From: Oscillospiraceae bacterium
GTDB lineage: Bacteria > Bacillota > Clostridia > Oscillospirales > CAG-272
Length of the DNA stretch: 64,000 bases
Direction: 5' to 3'
Assembly: GCA_015064855.1 (NCBI GenBank)
Contig: SVRK01000001.1
Span: forward strand, 14,196-78,195
Within the stretch, counting starts at the first letter, position 1, and every line of letters starts with the position of its first letter. Shown here piece by piece: positions 43,082 to 51,402 of the stretch. Position numbers and translations under genes: made by a program. The notes under the pieces were generated by a model. That model ran no database searches and was not told the DNA's origin. It saw only the letters and a program-made list of their open reading frames with translations.

Positions 43082-43122
43082 ACCCCCGTTTTCGAACTGC
43101 CTTCAAGTTCGAGAACGGGGGT
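43082..43122 (+). terminator. Long hairpin terminator after the recombinase operon
   Basis: ACCCCCGTTTTCGAACT (43082-43098) pairs with AGTTCGAGAACGGGGGT (43106-43122) with one wobble pair. The U-tract is weak. Confidence 0.6.
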
Positions 43123-43319
43123 ATTTCATTAACACTGAAGTCACAAAGTTGTGTTAAAATTAGTTATCACATCCCTCCAGTTGATTTGGCTCTCAAGTAA
43201 CGCGATCCTGCGCAAGATGCGAAATGGAGAAGCCGAATTTTGTGTGTCGGTACCAGGACACATTTGCTTTCGATTAGATGGTCAATGAAAATCGAGCAAA
43301 TACACCGTAACACCTCGTT

Positions 43320-44303
43320 TTATTCGAGTTTTACTGTGTTGTCCCTATTATAACACACTCCCATTCCTTGCACAATTCCACCTGATTTATTTATAAGCTC
43401 AGTGTCAGTGACTTTTATTTTAAAATTTTTTGCACTACTGTTAGATATATCTATACTTGAAATTTGCACCTTGTATTTTTTTGGTGTTCTGCCGTCAAGT
43501 GTCGATAGAATATATGCATCTCCCTCTTTTATGTCCTCTTTAGATGCTACCTTTAGTAGCTCGCAGGATTGAGGGATAGAATTTGCCGAAAGATATCCAA
43601 AAACACCACAAGTGCAGTTTTTAGTTAATGTGCCGATTTTTTTTGATAAAAACGTTCCACGAAGCTCACCAGCTGAACCAACCTCACCTTTTATAACACC
43701 GTTGATATTTACATTCATAACAAGACCTTTTCCAACAGGAATTACTTTACCATTACTCGAATCACAAATTGCGTGTCCAAGACCACCAAACGAGAGGTCT
43801 TTTGGATTGATATAGGTTATAGTTCCTATGCCTGTTGTAGAATCCTTAACCCAAATACCGGTTTTATATTTTCCGTCCTCACTTGAATATTTCGGTTTTA
43901 CAGTGAATTTGATTTCTTTATTATTTCTAATTGCGATTATTTCTATAGGGTTTGCACCGGACTTATCAACCTCTTTAATAAAGGTATCTATTGAATTTAC
44001 TAAAACTCCGTTGATTCTTATAATTATGTCTCCCTCACGAAGTCCCGCCAGATATGCACTTGACACATTGTTTCCTCTAGTAGAAGAAAATTTTACTATT
44101 GTTAAGCCCGGAGAGGAAATTTTCACTCCGAACGGCATGCCTCCTGGGTATAATTCAATTTCAGAAATATCTTTATTTTCATTTGCATAAGAGGTTATAC
44201 TAAATAACGGTACAAAAAACAAAATAGCAATAAACGCAAAGGAAATTAATGATATATTTAATCTTGATTTTTGCATTTTTCTTGTCCTTTCATTTTTGTA
44301 CAT
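43320..44303 (-). pseudogene. spoIVB: spoIVB (S55 signalling protease), 5-prime two-thirds only, interrupted by the element
   Basis: It has a membrane anchor, a PDZ-like region GDIIIRINGVLVNSIDTFIKEV and a His region SFGGLGHAICD. It ends ...NKSGGIVQGM and then 13 unrelated codons, where the family has GM-SGSP with the catalytic Ser. The start is uncertain (ATG at 44303 or 44276; the listed 44342 is TTG). Confidence 0.8.
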
Positions 44304-44447
44304 ACTTAATTTGTGTAATCTTTTTGATATTATGTCTAACAAAATTAGAGGTGTGTGATAAAAAAATGCAAAATCGAAAAAAATAGGTTGAAATTTTTAA
44401 AAAAAATGATATAATCATTAGTAAACTAACAATTTTCGAGGTGTAAA

Positions 44448-44894
44448 ATGAAAAACGAAAACAAAGCTCTTGAAAATGGAGTAGTATCTCCTCTTGCGCT
44501 TATTAGGTGGGTAAGCAGCGAATATGAAGAATTGATTACCAAGGAAACAGAGGGACATAAAATTCTAAATCAAAAGGCTGTGCGTTCTGTTTTGAAAATT
44601 TTGACAATAAATAATGGTATTTCGCAAAATGAGTTGGCAAGAGAAGTTCATTTGCAGGGTTCAACTATTAGTGTTGCGCTTGTAAAAATGGAAGAAGAAG
44701 GACTTATAAGACGTGAAGCATCATCAAATGATAAAAGAAAAGTTAACGTTTATATGACGTCCTCCGGATACGAAATGATTAAAACGCTTGATAAAGTAAT
44801 TGACAAAATGGAAGAAAAAATGCTAGACGGCTTAACTGATAGTGAAAAATATGATTTACATTATTACTTAACTAAAATTTTAAAAAATTGCTAA
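44448..44894 (+). CDS. MarR-family transcriptional regulator
   Basis: ISQNELAREVHLQGSTISVALVKMEEEGLIRREASSNDKRKVNVYMT. Confidence 0.8.
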   Translation: MKNENKALENGVVSPLALIRWVSSEYEELITKETEGHKILNQKAVRSVLKILTINNGISQNELAREVHLQGSTISVALVKMEEEGLIRREASSNDKRKVNVYMTSSGYEMIKTLDKVIDKMEEKMLDGLTDSEKYDLHYYLTKILKNC

Positions 44895-44922
44895 AAAAAG
44901 ACTGCAAAACTGCAGTCTTTTT
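44893..44922. terminator. Bidirectional hairpin terminator
   Basis: GACTGC (44900-44905) pairs with GCAGTC (44912-44917), flanked by A-run and T-run. Confidence 0.55.
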
Positions 44923-44925
44923 CTA

Positions 44926-45207
44926 TTACATATCTTCTTTTATTGCTTGTTCCAGCCAAATTCCGCCAAGGTCAAGTGCTTCAAAAAGATCCTTTTTAAA
45001 CGCTTGCTTTCCCTTAACTATTTTATTTCTATCATTTGAGTGACATATTTGCACCATAATCATATTTGGGTTTTCTGATGCATCCTTACCCAAAATATTA
45101 AGTGTTAATATATATTTTTCGTTAAGGTTACCATAGCATAAAACGTCGCCATCTCTTACAAGAGGAAGTCCTTTATAAAGAACATATTGATTCTTATTAA
45201 GCTCCAT
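44926..45207 (-). CDS. Hypothetical protein
   Basis: The internal ATG at 45207 follows AAAGGCGG. I recognised no motif. Confidence 0.45.
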   Translation of the reverse strand: MELNKNQYVLYKGLPLVRDGDVLCYGNLNEKYILTLNILGKDASENPNMIMVQICHSNDRNKIVKGKQAFKKDLFEALDLGGIWLEQAIKEDM

Positions 45208-45288
45208 GTTAATACCGCCTTTCAATCTCAATATGTATATAATACTATATATTTGAAATTTTGTCAAGGCAGATTAAGTGTTAAAGAA

Positions 45289-45852
45289 TTAATTTTTTTC
45301 AATAATTGTTAAATCTGTTGGTAAAATACCGCTTTGGTTGTAAACAATTTCATTGATTTGAGCAACCTGACTGGCAAGTAGACCATCTGTACCTACGATA
45401 ACAGTTGCCTTTCCATCGCTTATAACAGCTATACAATCATCTATTCCTTTTGCTTGAATCAAAGTTTCAATATTTGATTCGTTTTCGATATCTTGTGCGA
45501 TTTGAGCTATATCCTTAAGTGCGGATTCAACAGCTTCCGGTAATGCGTTTTCACTCTTTGCTACTGTTTGCAAAACCTCAAGCGCCTCGTCGCGAGCCTG
45601 CTGACGTGAAAGAGCAGTTTGTGAGAAGTAATCGGATGCATTAGGGTCATTGTCTAAAACGTCGTTTAAATCAGTTCCGTCAAGGTCAATATCAACATCT
45701 GTGTCTGGGGCAGGGTTGTTATTTTTATACAATATGTAGTTCACGCATACAGCAGCGCCAATAAGAACTACTGCACAAATAACAACTAAATTTTTTGTGC
45801 CGATTTTTTTGAAAAATTGTTTGAATTTGTTTGGTTTGTTCTCTGTGTTCAT
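45289..45852 (-). CDS. spoIIIAH: Stage III sporulation protein AH
   Basis: N-terminal TM helix. Motifs YFSQTALSRQQARDEALEVL and ETLIQAKGIDDCIAVISDGKATVIV are typical of SpoIIIAH. It is the last gene of the operon. Confidence 0.8.
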   Translation of the reverse strand: MNTENKPNKFKQFFKKIGTKNLVVICAVVLIGAAVCVNYILYKNNNPAPDTDVDIDLDGTDLNDVLDNDPNASDYFSQTALSRQQARDEALEVLQTVAKSENALPEAVESALKDIAQIAQDIENESNIETLIQAKGIDDCIAVISDGKATVIVGTDGLLASQVAQINEIVYNQSGILPTDLTIIEKN

Positions 45853-45912
45853 AATTAAATCTCCTATTTTTTGATTACATTAAATTTATATTCACGCTAC
45901 ATAAAAATATGA

Positions 45913-46362
45913 CTATCCAAAGCTAACAATTTCAATTCTGTTTGAGGAAATGCCCAAATATGCGGAAACAAGCTTTGTTATTTTGTTTTTTGTTTCATCG
46001 CTCGAACCGTTTGTGCAGGCTATTGCAACTCCACGTACACTTGGGTAAATCTCTCCAACGTAAACGGGGCTTGTGTTATTGGTTATCGAAGAGAAATTTA
46101 GAGAGCTACTATTTTTGGTATATATCTCACCGCCCGAGGTATCAAGCGTTATAATAACGTTGACGTTTTTTATTCCTTCAATATTTAATATAAAATTTTC
46201 TAATTTTTCTTCAAGCATTTTTGTATAATCCTCACATGAAAACTCCTCCTTTTTCAATGCAACTTCGTTTTTTCCTTTAAACGAGCTAAAAAGAATTAAA
46301 ATAAGACCCAGTGCTAAAATGGTAATTATTATAATTTTGCTTTTGTGTTTTTTTATATTCAT
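45913..46362 (-). CDS. spoIIIAG: Stage III sporulation protein AG
   Basis: Synteny, plus C-terminal YPSVRGVAIACTNGSSDETKNKITKLVSAYLGISSNRIEIV. Confidence 0.75.
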   Translation of the reverse strand: MNIKKHKSKIIIITILALGLILILFSSFKGKNEVALKKEEFSCEDYTKMLEEKLENFILNIEGIKNVNVIITLDTSGGEIYTKNSSSLNFSSITNNTSPVYVGEIYPSVRGVAIACTNGSSDETKNKITKLVSAYLGISSNRIEIVSFG

Positions 46363-46368
46363 TCCTCC

Positions 46369-46854
46369 TTATTTTCTTTTTACTTCAATGTTTGGATCTA
46401 TGTTGTTTTTTAAAAAATCTTCTACTAGCTTTACATCACTCCAAGAAGCTTTTCCGGTTAAAGTAACGTTGATTTTGTTGATTTTCAATGATTCCATGTT
46501 GCTATCATCTAATATCAGTTGAACATATACCTCGTTTGAATCGAATTTGAATTTTTGAATAATGGTTTCCTTAATACCCTCGCAAATTTTTTCCTTGCTT
46601 GTGTTTATGATTAAAGAGTTTGATATTTCAATGCTTTCGGTTACAAAAATTTTCTCTACATAATTATTTACATTTTCTTTTATGCTTGCTATATCTGAAA
46701 TAATACTGCCAATTGGTGAAATTAGGCATACAACACATACAAGAGAAACTATGTAGTTGATGTATTTTTTTAAATGTGACTCTTTAGAAACAACAGAGTT
46801 TATAATTCCACCAGAAACTGCTACAGTAAGAATTGTTATAACATAGTTATTCAT
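46369..46854 (-). CDS. spoIIIAF: Stage III sporulation protein AF
   Basis: Operon position between AE and AG; two N-terminal TM helices. Confidence 0.6.
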   Translation of the reverse strand: MNNYVITILTVAVSGGIINSVVSKESHLKKYINYIVSLVCVVCLISPIGSIISDIASIKENVNNYVEKIFVTESIEISNSLIINTSKEKICEGIKETIIQKFKFDSNEVYVQLILDDSNMESLKINKINVTLTGKASWSDVKLVEDFLKNNIDPNIEVKRK

Positions 46855-47987
46855 ACTACCTCCGTTGAGGTTTTAATAAATATTGTTATTGCGAAAATAA
46901 ATAATGCACTTCCGGTAGCCAAAAGAGTAAGCATGTACGCGCAAAGTGAGTCTGCTTCCTCAAGAATAACGCTTTGCTTTTCACAATGCAAAAGTCTTGC
47001 TATAGATGCTAAAAGTCCAAAGCTGACTTTACTTAAAAATACATATATAATAATTGGAAGAATAATTAATGCAATTGAAATGATTGCAATAATGCCCGAT
47101 GCGTTTTTAATTAATGATAGAGATGAGGAAACCGTTCTTAATGCGTCGTTTATTGAAGCACCTACTATTGGGACAAAGCTACTAATCGCGAATTTTGCGG
47201 TTTTTATTGATATTGAGTCTGCCCCCTGTGCCAAAATATTTTTAAATGAAAAAATAAACATAAATATTGACATAATGAAAACTGTAACAGAGGTGAATGT
47301 ATTTCTTATCAGCTTAGATATACCGCCAAATTCTACACCGCCAAGAGCTTTTATACAGCTAAACATAAGACATAAATTTACCAAAGGGAGCATAAAGGCG
47401 AGAAAAAAGCTTTCAACTATGGAAATGAACAAGACCATTGAAGCATTAGTAATGGTAGCAGAGTTCACGTTCCCGCTCATTATTTGCATACTCGCCATTA
47501 TAGGAGCAAATGCGCTCATAGCATTACAAATTATTTCTAAATAAGAGCTTACATTGTTGGCTAAGGAATTACAAAGGTTAAAAACAGTCAAGGCAATACA
47601 GAGTCCGGAGCATATAGTAAAAGTATTTGAAAGTGCTTGATTAGAAAACGATGAACCAAGTATTTCAAATATTGAGCTTATTAGGATTAAAGTAAGAATG
47701 GCAGAAAAAGACTTTAAAACTATGCCAATACCGGAAAACAAATATTCGGTTATGTATTTAAAAAGGCTTTTTTCATCCAGTCCCTTGTCAAGAAGCTCTG
47801 AAAAGTCACCGTTAAATACGCCGTCCGGTAAAAAATCAATTACCTCTTGAGGCAAAGAATTTTTAAACTCCTCAAGCTCCGTTTCTATTGAAGAAATTAT
47901 CTCATCTTCAATGCTTTCAGCAAATAATGGGCGTGCAAAAGAAAAAAAGAAGAGAAGTAAAAATATAATTAAAAGTATTTTTTTCAT
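46851..47987 (-). CDS. spoIIIAE: Stage III sporulation protein AE
   Basis: It has a signal peptide, is a polytopic membrane protein of about 380 aa, and sits in the expected operon position. Confidence 0.75.
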   Translation of the reverse strand: MKKILLIIFLLLFFFSFARPLFAESIEDEIISSIETELEEFKNSLPQEVIDFLPDGVFNGDFSELLDKGLDEKSLFKYITEYLFSGIGIVLKSFSAILTLILISSIFEILGSSFSNQALSNTFTICSGLCIALTVFNLCNSLANNVSSYLEIICNAMSAFAPIMASMQIMSGNVNSATITNASMVLFISIVESFFLAFMLPLVNLCLMFSCIKALGGVEFGGISKLIRNTFTSVTVFIMSIFMFIFSFKNILAQGADSISIKTAKFAISSFVPIVGASINDALRTVSSSLSLIKNASGIIAIISIALIILPIIIYVFLSKVSFGLLASIARLLHCEKQSVILEEADSLCAYMLTLLATGSALFIFAITIFIKTSTEVV

Positions 47988-47988
47988 A

Positions 47989-48372
47989 TCATTTAATTAG
48001 GTTTTCGCACAAGGTAAACAAATTTTTGATTAGTGGCAACGACAGAACTAAAATTTGGGCTTTTCCAAAAAGCGTTATTCTGTTAGCAAGCGTGCTTTCT
48101 TGGGCATCATTGCAAACGTCTGCTGTTATTTGGACTGCAAACGCAATTCCCAATGCCTTTATTAGTGTTGGCATATAAATATAAACCGCAGTATTTTTTG
48201 AAATGTCATCTATAAATGACAATATAGGGTAAAAAATGGCAAAGGTGGCAACCGTAACAAAGCAAGTAATGAATATGCGAATAAATAAAGAATATTCAGA
48301 GCGCAAATTTTTAAAAATTATACAAACAACGAGTGCACAAAGCACAAGTCCGCACATTTTTATGTCGTTCAT
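47989..48372 (-). CDS. spoIIIAD: Stage III sporulation protein AD
   Basis: The internal ATG at 48372 (MNDIKMCGLVLCALVV...) is used. It is a small polytopic membrane protein in the expected operon position. Confidence 0.7.
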   Translation of the reverse strand: MNDIKMCGLVLCALVVCIIFKNLRSEYSLFIRIFITCFVTVATFAIFYPILSFIDDISKNTAVYIYMPTLIKALGIAFAVQITADVCNDAQESTLANRITLFGKAQILVLSLPLIKNLFTLCENLIK

Positions 48373-48373
48373 A

Positions 48374-48568
48374 TCAAAAATTGAACACCGCTGCAAGAGT
48401 ATTAAACAAATTGTCAAGCTCTGAAACAATCAAAAGCATAACAATAATTATTCCGGCTATTGAAAGCATAGTTGCTTGCTCGTCACGTCCGCTTTTAGAT
48501 AAAACCTGACAGGCGATCGAAACAAGAAGTCCAACCCCTGTAATTTTTAATATTAAAGAAATATCCAT
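48374..48568 (-). CDS. spoIIIAC: Stage III sporulation protein AC
   Basis: The ATG at 48568 follows AAGGAGAA. MDISLILKITGVGLLVSIACQVLSKSGRDEQATMLSIAGIIIVML is typical of SpoIIIAC. Confidence 0.8.
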   Translation of the reverse strand: MDISLILKITGVGLLVSIACQVLSKSGRDEQATMLSIAGIIIVMLLIVSELDNLFNTLAAVFNF

Positions 48569-48591
48569 TTTTTCTCCTTGCTTTTTAACTC

Positions 48592-49038
48592 CTAGACCAA
48601 TAAAATTACCATACAAATACCGATAAATAGCGACATTGCTCGAAAAACCTTTGTTTTGTTTGGGTATTCACGCTTTAAGGCCTCGATTTTTTTGTTTAAA
48701 AGCTCTAAATTATAGTCACAAAGTGACAGCTGTTCCTTTTTGAAGCCCTTTCCAATTGAAGAAAAGAATTCGCTAATTTTTTTGTCGGTACTTTTATCTA
48801 TTAGCATTTTTTTAGCATCATTATTTTCAATTAAATATCTAATTTCTTCGGTGTTTTTGTCGTATTTTTGATAAATTAGATCAATAGGATAAGAAAAATA
48901 ATCAATTTGAGCACGAATGTACGAAATGAAATCAAATATTTCTTCACATCTTTTTATTTTGAATTTGTAAGATTTTTCATAATAATAGCTAGCTAAAATT
49001 GAAGATGCAAGAATTAAAATTGAGCCTAAAATTTTCAT
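48592..49038 (-). CDS. spoIIIAB: Stage III sporulation protein AB
   Basis: Operon position directly after AA; matching size and N-terminal TM helix. Confidence 0.65.
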   Translation of the reverse strand: MKILGSILILASSILASYYYEKSYKFKIKRCEEIFDFISYIRAQIDYFSYPIDLIYQKYDKNTEEIRYLIENNDAKKMLIDKSTDKKISEFFSSIGKGFKKEQLSLCDYNLELLNKKIEALKREYPNKTKVFRAMSLFIGICMVILLV

Positions 49039-49956
49039 TCAAACCTCAGCTTTGTGCTCGTTTAATGTGAATTTGTATGTTTTTTCTCCGTATTTACGTT
49101 CAACACCAATAAAATAATCAAAAATTCCGCTGTTTATTAGTGGCTTGATTATTGATTTTACATCTAATTCTTCGTATCTGCTCGCATGGGTGGTTGCTAT
49201 TAGCTTGACACCGCTATGAGAGGCTTTTAAAATTGCATTCGCTTCTTGTTCACTTGAAATTTCATCACAAATTATTAACTGCGGTGTCATTGATTTGGTT
49301 GCTTGCTCAATTGCTAAGCCTTTAGGATAGGAAATATATGCATCACAGTTAGCGTTTTGGGAATAAGGAGTTATTATTTCCTCGCGTGAATCAATAACTG
49401 CAAATCTTATAGGTGATTTTTGTTTCCCCAATTTAATAACCAAATCCCTTAAAATTGATGTTTTTCCTATTCCGGGTGGAGAATATAGAAGAATTGATTT
49501 TTGAAAGCTTGTCTTTTCCAGTAAATTATAAATGTAGCTTGAAGCACCATCAATTTTTTGAGGAATTCTTATATTAATTGAAGAAACGTCTTTAATTCCT
49601 ACAATTGTTTTTCCTTCTAATACAGCACTCCCGCAAACGCCTGCACGTATTCCTTGTCCAACGCTTATATATCCGTCCTTAATTGTTTCAATATGTGCGT
49701 AAACAGAACCGTGACAGAGTGATTGAAAAATTTCATCTATTGAACTATCACTAACATAAATGTCAGTTTTTACATTTTTTGAGTCCGCTATAAGATAAAT
49801 AAAAGCATCCTTTTTAATTCTTATTTCATTTATAGCTTTGTATTTCTTTTCAAAACAAAATCCAATTAAACTTGTCCCTAAATCCTTTGGTAGAAACGAT
49901 AAAAGATAACTTAACGCCTCGTCTTTTTCTTCCTTTAATTTTATTTCGTATTTCAT
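49039..49956 (-). CDS. spoIIIAA: Stage III sporulation protein AA (ATPase)
   Basis: The P-loop is LLYSPPGIGKTSILRDL and Walker B is LIICDEI. It is the first gene of the eight-gene operon. Confidence 0.85.
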   Translation of the reverse strand: MKYEIKLKEEKDEALSYLLSFLPKDLGTSLIGFCFEKKYKAINEIRIKKDAFIYLIADSKNVKTDIYVSDSSIDEIFQSLCHGSVYAHIETIKDGYISVGQGIRAGVCGSAVLEGKTIVGIKDVSSINIRIPQKIDGASSYIYNLLEKTSFQKSILLYSPPGIGKTSILRDLVIKLGKQKSPIRFAVIDSREEIITPYSQNANCDAYISYPKGLAIEQATKSMTPQLIICDEISSEQEANAILKASHSGVKLIATTHASRYEELDVKSIIKPLINSGIFDYFIGVERKYGEKTYKFTLNEHKAEV

Positions 49957-50054
49957 TTTCAGCTCCTTAACTTGTCCTTTAGTTAATGATATTCATTTAT
50001 AAATAAAAAAATTACAAATTTAATTATGTTTTCTTAAAACGTTATTTTAAAAAC

Positions 50055-50082
50055 AAAAAAGCAAGGCGGAACCTTGCTTTTT
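50055..50082. terminator. Hairpin terminator upstream of the spoIIIA operon
   Basis: GCAAGG (50061-50066) pairs with CCTTGC (50072-50077), flanked by A-run and T-run. Confidence 0.55.
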
Positions 50083-50101
50083 CTAGATATTATGTTATAA
50101 T

Positions 50102-50602
50102 TTAATTATTAGTATTTTGTGGTATTGAGAAGGTGTGCAAAAACCCTTTTGAGTCAGCTGTGCAGATATCACCGCCAATAACTTTACCGCGGAAGGTTAT
50201 TACGTTTGCGTATACTGTGCCACTGTATCCTGGGTAGTTTGTCACTTTATACGTGTATCTTGTGGCGGTTTTCTTTCTATACTTTGAAAGATCAAGTCCT
50301 TGTTGCTTTTGTATTTCGTTATATTGAGACATAACCTTATCAAATTCATTTGGTATTGTTATTTCGCATTCTTCAATAACGTCATCCTCTACCTCCCAGT
50401 CATATTGCGCTAAAAACTTTTGCCCGTCACTTTTATTTTTCACATGGTCAAAAGAAATGTTTTCATTCATTGTTGCTATTTCTCTTGTGGTAGATTTTGT
50501 GCTTGACGGTATAAAAAACATCAACGAAACCAGACATATTACGGCAACTCCTATTATACCGAAAAATTTAAGTGTTGATGCTTTAAAAGAATAAACAAAC
50601 AT
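50102..50602 (-). CDS. Membrane-anchored protein, DUF4830-like
   Basis: N-terminal TM helix. The pattern FLAQYDWEV...ITIPNEFDKVMSQYNEIQKQQGLDLSKYRKK...YTYKVTNYPG resembles DUF4830, recalled from memory. Confidence 0.5.
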   Translation of the reverse strand: MFVYSFKASTLKFFGIIGVAVICLVSLMFFIPSSTKSTTREIATMNENISFDHVKNKSDGQKFLAQYDWEVEDDVIEECEITIPNEFDKVMSQYNEIQKQQGLDLSKYRKKTATRYTYKVTNYPGYSGTVYANVITFRGKVIGGDICTADSKGFLHTFSIPQNTNN

Positions 50603-50676
50603 TTTAAACTCCTTTTATCTTTGTTCTTACTAAATACTATTTTCAAAAAATTCAAATTATACCAAAGGAATAAAAA

Positions 50677-51369
50677 ATGATATTAATTATTGATGACAAT
50701 GAAGAAAGAGGTAAAAATACCTGCATTTGGCTTCGTGTAAAGGGTTATATTGTTTCTCATATTGGATACGAAAATATGAAGTATTATACAAAGCCCTTTA
50801 TGACAGTGTATATAAATCCTCCGCATAAATTTATTGATGAAATAAAGAATGAAGAAACTATAAGTATAATTTTTACCGAAAGAAAATCTGTAACGATACC
50901 GCAGTGGTGCATAGGTATTTTATCATTAAAGAATATCGCAAATGAGGTCGAAAGAATTTATCTAGAAAAATGTCCTTATAATAAGGATGATAAGGTTGAC
51001 GTATTAGGCTATGCATGTATGAAGAATTCACTTTTTGGCTTGGGCGGAGAGGTTTTCAAGTTAAGTAATAACCAAAAACAGTTAATTCAGTTATTTATGT
51101 ACAATTATCCTAAAAAATTCAATTTATATGATGCAATAGGCTATTTTAGATTATTAAATAATTCAGAAACCAAATTAATAAATAGAATATATAGCTTAAA
51201 TCGAAAGGCAAAATGGAGAAATAGAGAAAAGATTATAGTTTTGGAAAATGATGTATGCTATTTTAATCCCCAAATCGCCAATTATGTTTGCCAAGAGGAA
51301 GATTTTACTATAAAAGAGCTGGAAAATTCAAAGGAATTTTATTATAAAAATTTTACGAACCAAAATTAA
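50677..51369 (+). CDS. Hypothetical protein with a receiver-like N-terminus
   Basis: MILIIDDNEERGK resembles the start of a receiver domain. The remainder is unassigned. Confidence 0.4.
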   Translation: MILIIDDNEERGKNTCIWLRVKGYIVSHIGYENMKYYTKPFMTVYINPPHKFIDEIKNEETISIIFTERKSVTIPQWCIGILSLKNIANEVERIYLEKCPYNKDDKVDVLGYACMKNSLFGLGGEVFKLSNNQKQLIQLFMYNYPKKFNLYDAIGYFRLLNNSETKLINRIYSLNRKAKWRNREKIIVLENDVCYFNPQIANYVCQEEDFTIKELENSKEFYYKNFTNQN

Positions 51370-51370
51370 A

Positions 51371-51400
51371 AGGACACAATTTGAAACTGTGTCCTTTTTT
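51371..51400. terminator. Bidirectional terminator
   Basis: AGGACACA (51371-51378) pairs with TGTGTCCT (51388-51395), followed by a T-run. Confidence 0.6.
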
Positions 51401-51402
51401 AT

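Larger units (their letters stand above)
1..43360. mobile_element. Right-hand >43 kb of a large serine-recombinase-mobilised integrative element inserted in spoIVB; left end outside window
   Basis: Composition switches from moderately GC-rich to AT-rich near 43.1-43.36 kb. Three large serine recombinase genes sit at the extreme right end. The host spoIVB frame breaks at about 43361. Cargo includes repressor, replication/recombination, defence-like and Tn916-like regulatory genes. The exact junction (roughly 43345-43365) cannot be fixed without the other end. Confidence 0.8.

Noticed and set aside
43333-43359. The imperfect inverted repeat ACTGTGTT...AACACACT as the exact att core.
   Set aside because: It lies on the element side of the point where the spoIVB frame diverges (about 43361). 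Its role cannot be judged without attL/attB, so only a junction interval is reported.
1-43360. Calling the element a prophage outright.
   Set aside because: No structural, packaging or lysis genes are visible in the window. The Tn916-like regulatory genes point equally to an ICE-like ancestry.
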